Assembly: GCA_900542145.1 (NCBI GenBank)
Contig: UQMF01000002.1
Span: 136,847-200,846, forward strand
Direction of reading: 5' to 3'
Length of the DNA: 64,000 nt
Source: an uncultured Oscillospiraceae bacterium
GTDB lineage: Bacteria > Bacillota > Clostridia > Oscillospirales > Ruminococcaceae
Each line of letters opens with the position of its first letter. Position 1 is the first letter of the stretch. The position numbers and the translations under genes were made by a program. Below are positions 54,415 to 62,898 of this stretch, one piece after another. The notes under the pieces are model-generated. The model was given only the letters and a program-made list of their open reading frames with translations. It searched no databases and had not been told where the DNA came from.

Positions 54415-54797
54415 GGGAGTTCCCCCTTTATCACGGTCGGGATTCCGCAGCACATTCTGACAACGGCCCTGGATCTCCCGGCAATGTAACAGCAGGCGCG
54501 CCCGGTTTCCTCGCGCCATATCCGGTCGGATTTCTCCATCGGGATTATGCCGCTGCCTATCTCGTCCGCTATGATGATTATATCCGGATTTCGACCGGAC
54601 AGCTGTTCCGCCAGCGCCGCGCCGCTTTCATTCCCGAAGCGCTTCACGAACAGCTGGAAGTTCTTCATTGCACGGTAGGAATACGCCTGCTCCGGAGTGC
54701 ACTCCGCCCCGTCAAGGATATCCGTTTCGCGGAGCGAGAATCTGTGCATTGCGAAATCCGTTTTCCCGGAGTACGCGCCGCCAATCACTAGTATCAT
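54411..54797 (-). CDS. Short CobU/CobP-like P-loop protein (second adenosylcobinamide kinase-like paralog, 128 aa)
   Basis: P-loop VIGGAYSGKT and a C-terminal region matching the CobU family (IIADEIGSGIIP...CGIPTVIKG). It lacks the middle segment of full-length CobU. AGGAGG ribosome-binding site. ATGA overlaps on both sides. Confidence 0.6.
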   Translation of the reverse strand: MILVIGGAYSGKTDFAMHRFSLRETDILDGAECTPEQAYSYRAMKNFQLFVKRFGNESGAALAEQLSGRNPDIIIIADEIGSGIIPMEKSDRIWREETGRACCYIAGRSRAVVRMCCGIPTVIKGELP

Positions 54798-55567
54798 AAT
54801 ACCTCCTGAATAAGTCCGGCAAGCACTGCGGCGGCAAGCTCCGCAAGCTCGCACACCTGTAGGAAATGCCCTGCCGTGTCCCCGGTTATTCCGCCGAAAT
54901 TCCTGTAAGAGGATATCCGGTAATACAAAAGCGCCAGCCCGGCGGCGGTGATTGCCGCCGCGCCGCGGACCGGAGCTGCAAGAATCATTCCGGCTGCGGC
55001 GGCGCATGCCTCCACTGCAAGTATGATGATGGAATTCCGCCGGTGTGCAGGCTTCACGAAGCTTTGCAGTGTGCCGTCCTTTTTGGCGCAGCGGAACGTC
55101 ACCGCCGCGAATCCGCTGAGCGCCCGGGATAGCACATATCCGCAGGCAGGAATGACCGCCGCGCGGATTCCTCCTACTTCCGTGAACAGACCGAACTGGA
55201 GCAGAAAATACAGTATCGAGTAGATCAGGGCGAAGGAGCCTACATGTGGGTCGCTCATTATTTCGAGCTTCTTCTCCCGGGGAGCGTAGGAGGATCTCGC
55301 GTCCGTCACGTCGCAGAATCCGTCCGCGTGTATTCCTCCGGTGACCGCTATCGGAATCACGCAGCAGACCGCAGCGTACAGCCATTTCCCGGAATGGAGG
55401 ATTCCGCAGAGGTATGTCCACAGGATAATCAGACCGCCGATTACCGCCCCCACAAACGGGAACATCGCAAGGGAATAGCGGCGGTTCTCCTCCTTCCATT
55501 CCACCTGCGGCATGGGGATACGCGAGTACATCAGGAACGCGCAGGCGAGGGATTTTACTATCGTCAT
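54794..55567 (-). CDS. cobS: Adenosylcobinamide-GDP ribazoletransferase (cobalamin synthase)
   Basis: Multi-span membrane protein of the CobS family. Start at ATG 55567 with an AAAGGAG ribosome-binding site. Confidence 0.85.
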   Translation of the reverse strand: MTIVKSLACAFLMYSRIPMPQVEWKEENRRYSLAMFPFVGAVIGGLIILWTYLCGILHSGKWLYAAVCCVIPIAVTGGIHADGFCDVTDARSSYAPREKKLEIMSDPHVGSFALIYSILYFLLQFGLFTEVGGIRAAVIPACGYVLSRALSGFAAVTFRCAKKDGTLQSFVKPAHRRNSIIILAVEACAAAAGMILAAPVRGAAAITAAGLALLYYRISSYRNFGGITGDTAGHFLQVCELAELAAAVLAGLIQEVL

Positions 55568-56091
55568 CAGAGCGCTCCTTTCAGCACAAGTGGGATTCCG
55601 CATACGCACTCTATCACCACGTCCGCCAGTCCGGCGACTGTGGAATTGAGCCTGCTCATTATGCGGATATAGTCCATCGTTTCCCCGGAGTATTCAATCC
55701 CGTCAGCGGAAACCTCGTTGGTCACTATCACAAGCTTATCCACCCGTTCGGAGAGTGCTTTCAGCCCGGAAATTATCCTGTCCGACGGGTCGTTTATCCC
55801 GGCAGGGGAGAACATTTCGTTCGCACAGAGGGTTGTCAGGCACTCAAGCAGAGCGCAGCAGGGAAGTCCGCCGTCCGGAAGCAGGATCCCCCTGATGTCC
55901 CGGGGGCGTTCAATCGTCCGGAATCCCTTGCCGCGGCGCATTTCCCGGTGCCGGGCTATAGCGCGCTGCGCGTCCTCGCCGTAGGGCTCCATCGCCGCGA
56001 TGTAGTATTTCTCCCCGGGGAATCCGTTCAGCAGTCCCTCCGCGACCGAGGATTTACCGCACTTGGAGCCGCCGGTTATCAGTATCATCAT
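55567..56091 (-). CDS. cobU: Bifunctional adenosylcobinamide kinase/adenosylcobinamide-phosphate guanylyltransferase
   Basis: 174 aa. P-loop ITGGSKCGKSS. ATGA overlap with the cobT stop. Confidence 0.85.
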   Translation of the reverse strand: MMILITGGSKCGKSSVAEGLLNGFPGEKYYIAAMEPYGEDAQRAIARHREMRRGKGFRTIERPRDIRGILLPDGGLPCCALLECLTTLCANEMFSPAGINDPSDRIISGLKALSERVDKLVIVTNEVSADGIEYSGETMDYIRIMSRLNSTVAGLADVVIECVCGIPLVLKGAL

Positions 56092-57116
56092 GTAAGTTCC
56101 GTGTACCTTTCCATGTTCATGTCGTCGAATCTGTGCGCGCCGTAGTATACCGAAAGGGCGCCGTCCAGCAGCGGAAGAAGCATGATTCCTCCGGTGCCCT
56201 CTCCGAGATGGAATCCTGCGGTTATCGGCGCAGAAAGTCCTAGTCTGTCCAGCAGCAGCTTCGCCGCCGGCTCGTTTGAAATATGCGATGGCAGCATAAA
56301 GTCCCGACAGCCCGGGGATATCATCTCCGCAATACACGCGGCGGCAGCGGATATCACACCGTCTATCACCACTGGGATTCCGCATTCCGCGCCGCCGAGG
56401 AGCAGACCTGCCATTCCTGCAATGTCAAATCCGCCAAGCTTCGCCAGAATGTCCATGGGGTCGTGGGGATACGGCGCATTCACCTTCAGGGCGCGTCTGA
56501 TGACGGATATCTTCCGGTCAAGCCCGGCGCTGTCAAGACCTGCGCCGCGCCCTGCCGCCTGCTCTGGAGGTGTTCCAAGAATCACGGAAGCCACCGCCGC
56601 CGACGTGGTGGTGTTGCCGATTCCCATTTCTCCGGTGACGATGATATCAGTGCCGCTTTCGGAAAGCTCCCGTACAAGCCGTATTCCCACGTCCACCGCG
56701 CTTTCAGCCTGTTCCCGTGACATTGCCGGACCGTCCGCGATATCCCCGGTGCCGTATGCGATTTTCCGGTTCAGAATCCGCCCGTCGTCCACGTCGGTAT
56801 TCATGCCGATGTCCACCGCTATGACCTCCGCGCCGAACTGCTCCGCCAACAGATTCACACTGGACCGCCCACCAGCGATTTCACGCGCCACAGCGGCGGT
56901 AACGCTGCTGTCGGACTGGCTCACGCCCTCCCGGACAACGCCGTTATCCGCGCACATGATGACCGCCGTCCGCTTCCGGAGCGCCACGTCTGGATCTCCG
57001 CGCATTCCGGCGATCTTCGATACCATGTCCTCAAGCAGTCCAAGTCCGCCGAGCGGCTTTGCTATGCTGTTCCAGCGGAGTTTCGCCTGCGCCTGCGCAG
57101 CTGTGTTAAATTCCAT
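56088..57116 (-). CDS. cobT: Nicotinate-nucleotide--dimethylbenzimidazole phosphoribosyltransferase
   Basis: 342 aa. Conserved GEMGIGNTT motif. Confidence 0.9.
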   Translation of the reverse strand: MEFNTAAQAQAKLRWNSIAKPLGGLGLLEDMVSKIAGMRGDPDVALRKRTAVIMCADNGVVREGVSQSDSSVTAAVAREIAGGRSSVNLLAEQFGAEVIAVDIGMNTDVDDGRILNRKIAYGTGDIADGPAMSREQAESAVDVGIRLVRELSESGTDIIVTGEMGIGNTTTSAAVASVILGTPPEQAAGRGAGLDSAGLDRKISVIRRALKVNAPYPHDPMDILAKLGGFDIAGMAGLLLGGAECGIPVVIDGVISAAAACIAEMISPGCRDFMLPSHISNEPAAKLLLDRLGLSAPITAGFHLGEGTGGIMLLPLLDGALSVYYGAHRFDDMNMERYTELT

Positions 57117-58455
57117 ATTTACCTCCGAATCCGGCGCAGTTTTCCACGAACCTTTCCGCCGCCCGGATATTCGCGTAGAAGTACAGGTGCGGAAATCCGG
57201 CGTACATGGCTGCGGAAGTGTGGACGCAGTCCCACTGCCTGCCGTTGCTTTCCTTGACGGCGGTGAATCCGCTTCCGCAGTTTTCGCTGTCCCAGTAGTG
57301 GAATTCGTGCGCCGGAATCACTCCACCCTTTTCGCAGAGCAGGCTGTCCGCCTTTGCGTGTAATTTCACATACCCGAAGCGCTGTAGCTTCGCCGTGGAG
57401 AAGCATCTCCCGGGGATCACCCCTGCCATCGGATATTCAGTCCCGTCCTCGCCGGTCAGGGATTCGTGCAGGTACATGAATCCGCCGCATTCCGCTATCA
57501 CCGGCATTCCTCCGGCGATACTTTTCCGGACGGAATCCAGCATGCTGCGGTTCTGCGACAGCCTTTCCGCGTAAAGCTCCGGATATCCGCCGCACAGGAT
57601 AAGTCCGGCGGCGCCCCGGGGTATTTCCGTATCGTCCAGCGGCGAGAAGTACTGTATCTCCGCCCCCAGACGCTCCAGCAGCCGCATGTTGTCGCGGTAC
57701 AGGAACGAGAACGCGGAATCCCGAGCGACAGCTATCCGGACGCGCCTTTCCCTGCGCGGAGGGAGTTCCGCGAGATCGTCCAGCGGCGGCATTTCCGAAG
57801 CTGCGATAAGCCCGTCGATGTCAATTGACTGCTCCGCCTTTTCCGCGAGGAGCTGCGTTTTCCGTTTTAGATCCTCAACTCCGTCCGGGGTCACCAGTCC
57901 CAGCCTGCGGCTTTCCAGCGCGGATTCCGGGCTGGCAGGGAAGTACCCGAAGAACCCGGTGTGCAGTTCATCGCACATCGCGCGGACCTCCGGGATAAGT
58001 TGTGCCGGGAGCCGGTTGAAGATGAATCCGGCAATGCGGTTCGGCTTGCGGAAGTTCAGGAATCCCTGCATGACCGCGCCGATGGACGCGCTCATTCCCT
58101 TGCAGTCTATCACAATTACCGCCGGGCAGTCGATGTCCAGCGAAAGCGCATGGGAGCTTGCTCTCCCGGTGATTCCGTCGTAGAATCCCATAACGCCCTC
58201 GACGACGGAGATATCCGCTTCCGCGCTGTTGTCGGTAATCAGCCGCCGGAGCATTTTTCTGTCGCAGAAATACCCGTCCAGGTTGTGGGATTCCGCGCCG
58301 ATGATCTTTTCGTGGAACATCGGGTCGATGTAATCCGGACCGCACTTGAATGAGGCGGCGCGGAGTCCTCGGTTCACCAGCGCCTGGAGTACCGCGCATA
58401 CAACGGTAGTCTTTCCACAGCCGCTGTTGGTCCCTGCAATCATTATTTTGCGCAT
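57106..58455 (-). CDS. cbiA: Cobyrinic acid a,c-diamide synthase
   Basis: P-loop GTNSGCGKTT and C-terminal glutamine amidotransferase domain. 449 aa. Confidence 0.9.
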   Translation of the reverse strand: MRKIMIAGTNSGCGKTTVVCAVLQALVNRGLRAASFKCGPDYIDPMFHEKIIGAESHNLDGYFCDRKMLRRLITDNSAEADISVVEGVMGFYDGITGRASSHALSLDIDCPAVIVIDCKGMSASIGAVMQGFLNFRKPNRIAGFIFNRLPAQLIPEVRAMCDELHTGFFGYFPASPESALESRRLGLVTPDGVEDLKRKTQLLAEKAEQSIDIDGLIAASEMPPLDDLAELPPRRERRVRIAVARDSAFSFLYRDNMRLLERLGAEIQYFSPLDDTEIPRGAAGLILCGGYPELYAERLSQNRSMLDSVRKSIAGGMPVIAECGGFMYLHESLTGEDGTEYPMAGVIPGRCFSTAKLQRFGYVKLHAKADSLLCEKGGVIPAHEFHYWDSENCGSGFTAVKESNGRQWDCVHTSAAMYAGFPHLYFYANIRAAERFVENCAGFGGKYGI

Positions 58456-59648
58456 TTTCCTGCTCCTTTTATGATGAATACCGGATTCTCAGCCGCTAGC
58501 ATTGTGTGGCTTCCAAGCTTTCTCGTCCGGGTGACTGCCGCCTGGATAATTTCCGCGCTGATACCCTGCCCGGCGAGGGATTCCACGGCTTCGTGCAGCG
58601 TTTCCAGGGAAACCGCAGTTATCACGATGACCGCCGCCGGATTCCTGCTGACCGCCGCCGAAATGATTCCGCGCAGATAACCGCCGGAACCTCCCACGAA
58701 TACCTTGTCCGGTGCAGGAAAATCCGCCGTATCGCCGGGCGCGGAGCCAGTCCGCACAATTATGTTGTCGCAGTGGAACTTCACCGCATTCCGCCTTGTC
58801 AGCTCTGCCGCTTCCGGCTTGACGTCGATGGAGTATACCGCGCCGCGATAGCATTGCAGCGCCATTTCCACGGACACGGAGCCGGTTCCGCAGCCGATGT
58901 CCCACATGGTGTCACCGGGGCATATCCCGAGCCGGGAAATAACCAGCGCACGCACCTCGGATTTCGTCATGGGCACCTTATCCCGGATAAATTCCTCGTC
59001 CGGTATTCCCGTGCGGATATGCGTTTCCGGTGCCGGATTTTCCGTCAGCATTACCGAAAGGCGGTCGGTTTCGATGTCGGTGAATCCCTCCGCCGTGCCG
59101 GAGATAACGCGCTCCTGCGGATACCCGAGCCGCTCCCCGATGTGCACCGTCATGCCGCCAAGCCCGTATTCACACAGCCGTCTGCACACCTCACGCGCGC
59201 CGGATTTTCCCCCCAGCAGGAAGAAGCAGCGGCGGTGCATGGCGGCATTCCGCGCGATATTCGCGGATTCCCCGTGCAGGTTCACGGTGGGGATATCCTG
59301 CCAAGGGATACCGAGCTTTCCGCAGAAGTACACCGGGGAGGAGATTCCGGAAATCACCTCCGCCCGAACGGAGTCCGGCAGCGCCATCAGAAGTCCCTCC
59401 GCGCCGCTGAAATAGCCGCAGTCCCCGGACATGAGCACCGCAAACTTATCATATCCGGAATCCAGAATATACCCGGCTATCTCGCCGCTGTTCCAGCTTG
59501 TGAAACACGGCTTCGACAGCGCGGAAAACGGCTCCAGCATTCTCGCCGCGCCTATCAGGCAGTCCGCGCTGCCGATCGCGGCGCGCGCCTGCTGTGTGAG
59601 GGTGGAATTTCCGTCCATTCCGATTCCGACTATGTAAACCTTTTTCAT
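58443..59648 (-). CDS. cbiET: Precorrin-6Y C5,15-methyltransferase (decarboxylating), fused CbiE-CbiT
   Basis: 401 aa. N-terminal tetrapyrrole-methylase domain and C-terminal S-adenosylmethionine-methyltransferase domain (DIGCGTGS). Confidence 0.85.
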   Translation of the reverse strand: MKKVYIVGIGMDGNSTLTQQARAAIGSADCLIGAARMLEPFSALSKPCFTSWNSGEIAGYILDSGYDKFAVLMSGDCGYFSGAEGLLMALPDSVRAEVISGISSPVYFCGKLGIPWQDIPTVNLHGESANIARNAAMHRRCFFLLGGKSGAREVCRRLCEYGLGGMTVHIGERLGYPQERVISGTAEGFTDIETDRLSVMLTENPAPETHIRTGIPDEEFIRDKVPMTKSEVRALVISRLGICPGDTMWDIGCGTGSVSVEMALQCYRGAVYSIDVKPEAAELTRRNAVKFHCDNIIVRTGSAPGDTADFPAPDKVFVGGSGGYLRGIISAAVSRNPAAVIVITAVSLETLHEAVESLAGQGISAEIIQAAVTRTRKLGSHTMLAAENPVFIIKGAGKCAK

Positions 59649-60394
59649 GTTATCTCCGTTTCAAGGATTTTTTCTGTCTGTGCGAGGGAATAGCCCTGCT
59701 CCACCGGGCGGCGGAGCGTCAGCAGTTCCGCACCGCACTGCGCCGCGGCTTCCGCCTTTTCCGGGAATCCTCCGGCGGCTCCGCTTTCCTTCGTCACGAG
59801 TATTTCTGCTGCCGCCTGTTTTATGTGGGCGACGTTCTGTTCCACCGTGAAGGGTCCCTTTTCGAGGATAGTCCGCTCCGGCAGGAATCCCAGCTGCGCA
59901 CAGTGTTCCGCCGCGCCCTCCGCCGGGAGAATACGCACCGTCAGCCGGTCACGGAAACCGCGCACTTTCGTGTATTCTGCCAGGGAGTTCCCTCCGGTGG
60001 TTATCAGCGCCTTTTTGTCGCTGGCGTTCAGGTATTCCACCATCTCCGGGATACTGTCGAACAGCCGCCCGGGCGGATTTCCGGATCCCTCCCGGAGCAG
60101 CCGCAGGTACCGCACGCCGGATTCCGCGCAGGCTGCCATGACGTTGGCGGACACATTCCGCGCAAAGGGGTGGGTGGCGTCTATCACCGCCGCATAATCC
60201 CCGGATCTCAGCAGCGCGGAAATTTCCTGCCCATCCAGTTTTCCCACAAGTTCGCGAATGAATCCCGACTGTGGGAGGAGTTCCGCGCCGTATTCCGTCA
60301 CAGTGCTGACCGCCGCGCGGATTCCCTTGGCGGCGCAGAATTCCGCCAGCAGCCTGCCCTCGGTCGTCCCACCGAAAATCAGTATCTCAGACAT
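59645..60394 (-). CDS. cbiJ: Cobalt-precorrin-6A reductase
   Basis: Start at ATG 60394 (MSEILIFGGTTEGR). CobK/CbiJ family. Confidence 0.8.
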   Translation of the reverse strand: MSEILIFGGTTEGRLLAEFCAAKGIRAAVSTVTEYGAELLPQSGFIRELVGKLDGQEISALLRSGDYAAVIDATHPFARNVSANVMAACAESGVRYLRLLREGSGNPPGRLFDSIPEMVEYLNASDKKALITTGGNSLAEYTKVRGFRDRLTVRILPAEGAAEHCAQLGFLPERTILEKGPFTVEQNVAHIKQAAAEILVTKESGAAGGFPEKAEAAAQCGAELLTLRRPVEQGYSLAQTEKILETEIT

Positions 60395-61115
60395 TCCTGT
60401 AGCCCCTCGGTGTGACCATTCTGCCGTTGATTTCCCGGGTGGAGCTGCTTCCGATGAACACGGTGCAGAACATATCCACGGCGGTTTCGCGGAGTTCACC
60501 CAGCGACATCACCCGGCAGGAGCAGCCCTCGCGCCCGATATTCCGCGCAATTCCGCAGACGGTATCCGCCGGTTTGGATTCCAGCAGGATATCGCACGCC
60601 CGGGCGAGATAGTCCGCGCGCTTTTTCGAGGAGGGATTGTACAGCGCAATCGCGAAATCCCCCTCCGCCGCCATACGCAGACGCTTTTCGATGAGCTCCC
60701 AGGGGGTGAGCAGGTCAGAAAGACTGATGACTGCGAAGTCGTGTCCCAGCGGAGCGCCTAACAGAGCGCTTCCGCTGAGCGCTGCGGTAACTCCCGGCAC
60801 CACCTCGATTTCTACCCCTGGGTATTCCACGGAAAGCTCCAGCGCCAGCCCTGCCATGCCGTAAACTCCGCTGTCGCCGCTGCAAACCAGCGACACAGTT
60901 TTCCCTTTCTGAGCCTCAGAAAGCGCCAGGCGAACGCGTTCCACCTCGCTTTTCATTCCGGTGGCGAGGTAGTCTTTCTCCGGGAATATTCCGCGGAGAA
61001 GCTCCACATACAGCGTGTAGCCCACCACAAGGTCGCTGCCGAGTATTGCGGACTGCGCGTCCAGGGTCATTCCGCCGGCGTTTCCGGCTCCGGTCCCGAC
61101 TATGTAAAGTTTCAT
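60387..61115 (-). CDS. cbiH: Cobalt-precorrin-3B C17-methyltransferase
   Basis: Start at ATG 61115 (MKLYIVGTGAGN). Tetrapyrrole methylase fold. ATGA overlap with cbiG. Confidence 0.85.
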   Translation of the reverse strand: MKLYIVGTGAGNAGGMTLDAQSAILGSDLVVGYTLYVELLRGIFPEKDYLATGMKSEVERVRLALSEAQKGKTVSLVCSGDSGVYGMAGLALELSVEYPGVEIEVVPGVTAALSGSALLGAPLGHDFAVISLSDLLTPWELIEKRLRMAAEGDFAIALYNPSSKKRADYLARACDILLESKPADTVCGIARNIGREGCSCRVMSLGELRETAVDMFCTVFIGSSSTREINGRMVTPRGYRNV

Positions 61116-62140
61116 TTCTGTTTCCGGCTGAAATCTATCAGCACGTTCCTTTCCGCCGCTGCGATGGTCACTCCGTCTGCGGCTGTTTTCCCGAGTATGA
61201 GAGTATTTCCTCCGGCTGCGGCGCTGCGTTCGCACACGCTGTCAACGCCCACGGTACGCGCCACGAAATCCGAGCCCGTGAATTCCCCGGGGACTGCCGC
61301 AAGCTGCTCTGCCGTGTAGGTTTTCAGCGGCACCTTCAGTTCCTCGCAGAGCCGCAGAATACACGGCTCCTCCGACTTGCGGTCGATGGTGGATATCCCG
61401 GAAATACGCCGTATCTGCGTCGCTGTAAGTTTCCGTTTCATCAGAGCCGTGAGCGCGGAGTATTCCGCTCCCTTTTTGCAGCCCACCCCGAGCACGATAT
61501 TCTTCGGCGCGAGGTTGAATGTCACCCCGAACGGCTTCGCGGACATTTCCCGGGAAATACACAGCCCGTATTCTCCGCCGTCGGCGCGGCTTATTTCCGG
61601 CGGCAGATTCACGCATTCGAACTCCGAATACAGCCCGATTTTTTCTCCGCGAAGTACCGCAGCGGCGATTTCCTTGGCGGCGCCGAGGTCGTCAAAATAC
61701 AGCCCGTTGGCAAGGGCGAAGCAGTCCGGCGAGAATCTTCCGCCGGAGTCCGTCGCGGTGGTGATCACCGGCTGCGCGCCGATTGCTTCCGCGATGGATT
61801 CCGCCAGGCAGTTTGCGCCGCCGAGGTGCCCGGAAAGCAGCGATATTGCGTATTTCCCACAGTCGTCAAGCACCACGACCGCCGGGTCGGACTGCTTGGA
61901 GTGCAGATTCGGCGCCACCGCCCTGACCGCGATTCCGCAGGCGCAGACGAATATCAGCGCGTCAAACGCCTGGAAAACCTCCGCAACGGTATCCGACAGG
62001 CTGGAGAATTCCGAAACGTTCCCGGCGGCGTATTTGTGGAAGCAAAACCGCGTGACCCGGTATTGCGGCGAAATCGCCTCGGCAATTCGCCCGGAAAGCT
62101 CCGCTCCGCGCCCTGTCACGGAAAATACGGCGGCTCTCAT
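61112..62140 (-). CDS. cbiG: Cobalt-precorrin-5A hydrolase
   Basis: 342 aa CbiG family. AAAGGAG ribosome-binding site. Confidence 0.8.
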   Translation of the reverse strand: MRAAVFSVTGRGAELSGRIAEAISPQYRVTRFCFHKYAAGNVSEFSSLSDTVAEVFQAFDALIFVCACGIAVRAVAPNLHSKQSDPAVVVLDDCGKYAISLLSGHLGGANCLAESIAEAIGAQPVITTATDSGGRFSPDCFALANGLYFDDLGAAKEIAAAVLRGEKIGLYSEFECVNLPPEISRADGGEYGLCISREMSAKPFGVTFNLAPKNIVLGVGCKKGAEYSALTALMKRKLTATQIRRISGISTIDRKSEEPCILRLCEELKVPLKTYTAEQLAAVPGEFTGSDFVARTVGVDSVCERSAAAGGNTLILGKTAADGVTIAAAERNVLIDFSRKQK

Positions 62141-62898
62141 GTGCGCTCCTTTGCCTGGCGGAATTCCGTGGAGAATCCGCTGTCGTAAAGCTTTGACAGC
62201 TCATAGTCGCCGCTGAGGAAGTTCCCGACAGTTATCAGCGCGGTCTTGCGGATCCCGTTTTCGTCGGCGGTTTGCGCGAGAGTACCCACGGTGCAGCGGC
62301 AGACCTTCTCGTCCTGCCAGCTTGCCTTGTACACTATCGCCGCCGGAGTGTTCTTGGAGTAGCCTCCGGAAATCAGCTTTTCGGAAAGCTCCCGGAGCAT
62401 TCCGGTGCTGAGGAATACCACCATCGTTGCTCCGTGTGCCGCGAGGGATTCTATGCTTTCACGCTCCGGCACCGGGGTGCGCCCTGCCATGCGCGTGATG
62501 ATCACTGTCTGGCTGACCGAGGGCAGGGTGTATTCCGCCCGGAGTGCTGCTGCGGCTCCGCAGAAGCTGCTTACCCCGGGGCACACCGCGTATTCTATTC
62601 CAAGTGCGTCCAGTCTGTCCATCTGCTCGCGTATTGCGCCGTACAGGCAGGGGTCGCCGGTGTGGAGCCTTACCGTGCGCTTCCCGGAGGATTCCGCCGC
62701 GGATATCACGTCAATCACCTCGTCCAGCGTCATCAGCGCGCTGTTGTGTGTTTCACAGTCCGGCTTTGCGTATTCAAGCAGTTCCGGATTCACAAGCGAG
62801 CCAGCGTAAATTATCACGTTCGCCTGTTGGATAAGCTTCAGTCCGCGCAGGGTGATGAGGTCCTTTGCGCCGCAGCCAGCGCCCACGAAATCAACCAT
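62137..62898 (-). CDS. cbiF: Cobalt-precorrin-4 C11-methyltransferase
   Basis: 253 aa. Tetrapyrrole methylase with GAGCGAKDLITLRG. Confidence 0.9.
   Translation of the reverse strand: MVDFVGAGCGAKDLITLRGLKLIQQANVIIYAGSLVNPELLEYAKPDCETHNSALMTLDEVIDVISAAESSGKRTVRLHTGDPCLYGAIREQMDRLDALGIEYAVCPGVSSFCGAAAALRAEYTLPSVSQTVIITRMAGRTPVPERESIESLAAHGATMVVFLSTGMLRELSEKLISGGYSKNTPAAIVYKASWQDEKVCRCTVGTLAQTADENGIRKTALITVGNFLSGDYELSKLYDSGFSTEFRQAKERT

Noticed and set aside
54798-55499. Long Arg/Gly-rich N-terminal extension of the short cobU-like ORF (tracked as 362 aa)
   Set aside because: The extension is antisense or out-of-frame overlap with cobS and composed of Arg/Gly/Pro codons. An AGGAGG-preceded ATG at 54797 gives a coherent 128-aa P-loop protein.
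55567-56385. Tracked 272-aa form of cobU with an Arg-rich leader
   Set aside because: Same logic. The ATG at 56091 is ATGA-coupled to cobT and yields the canonical 174-aa CobU.
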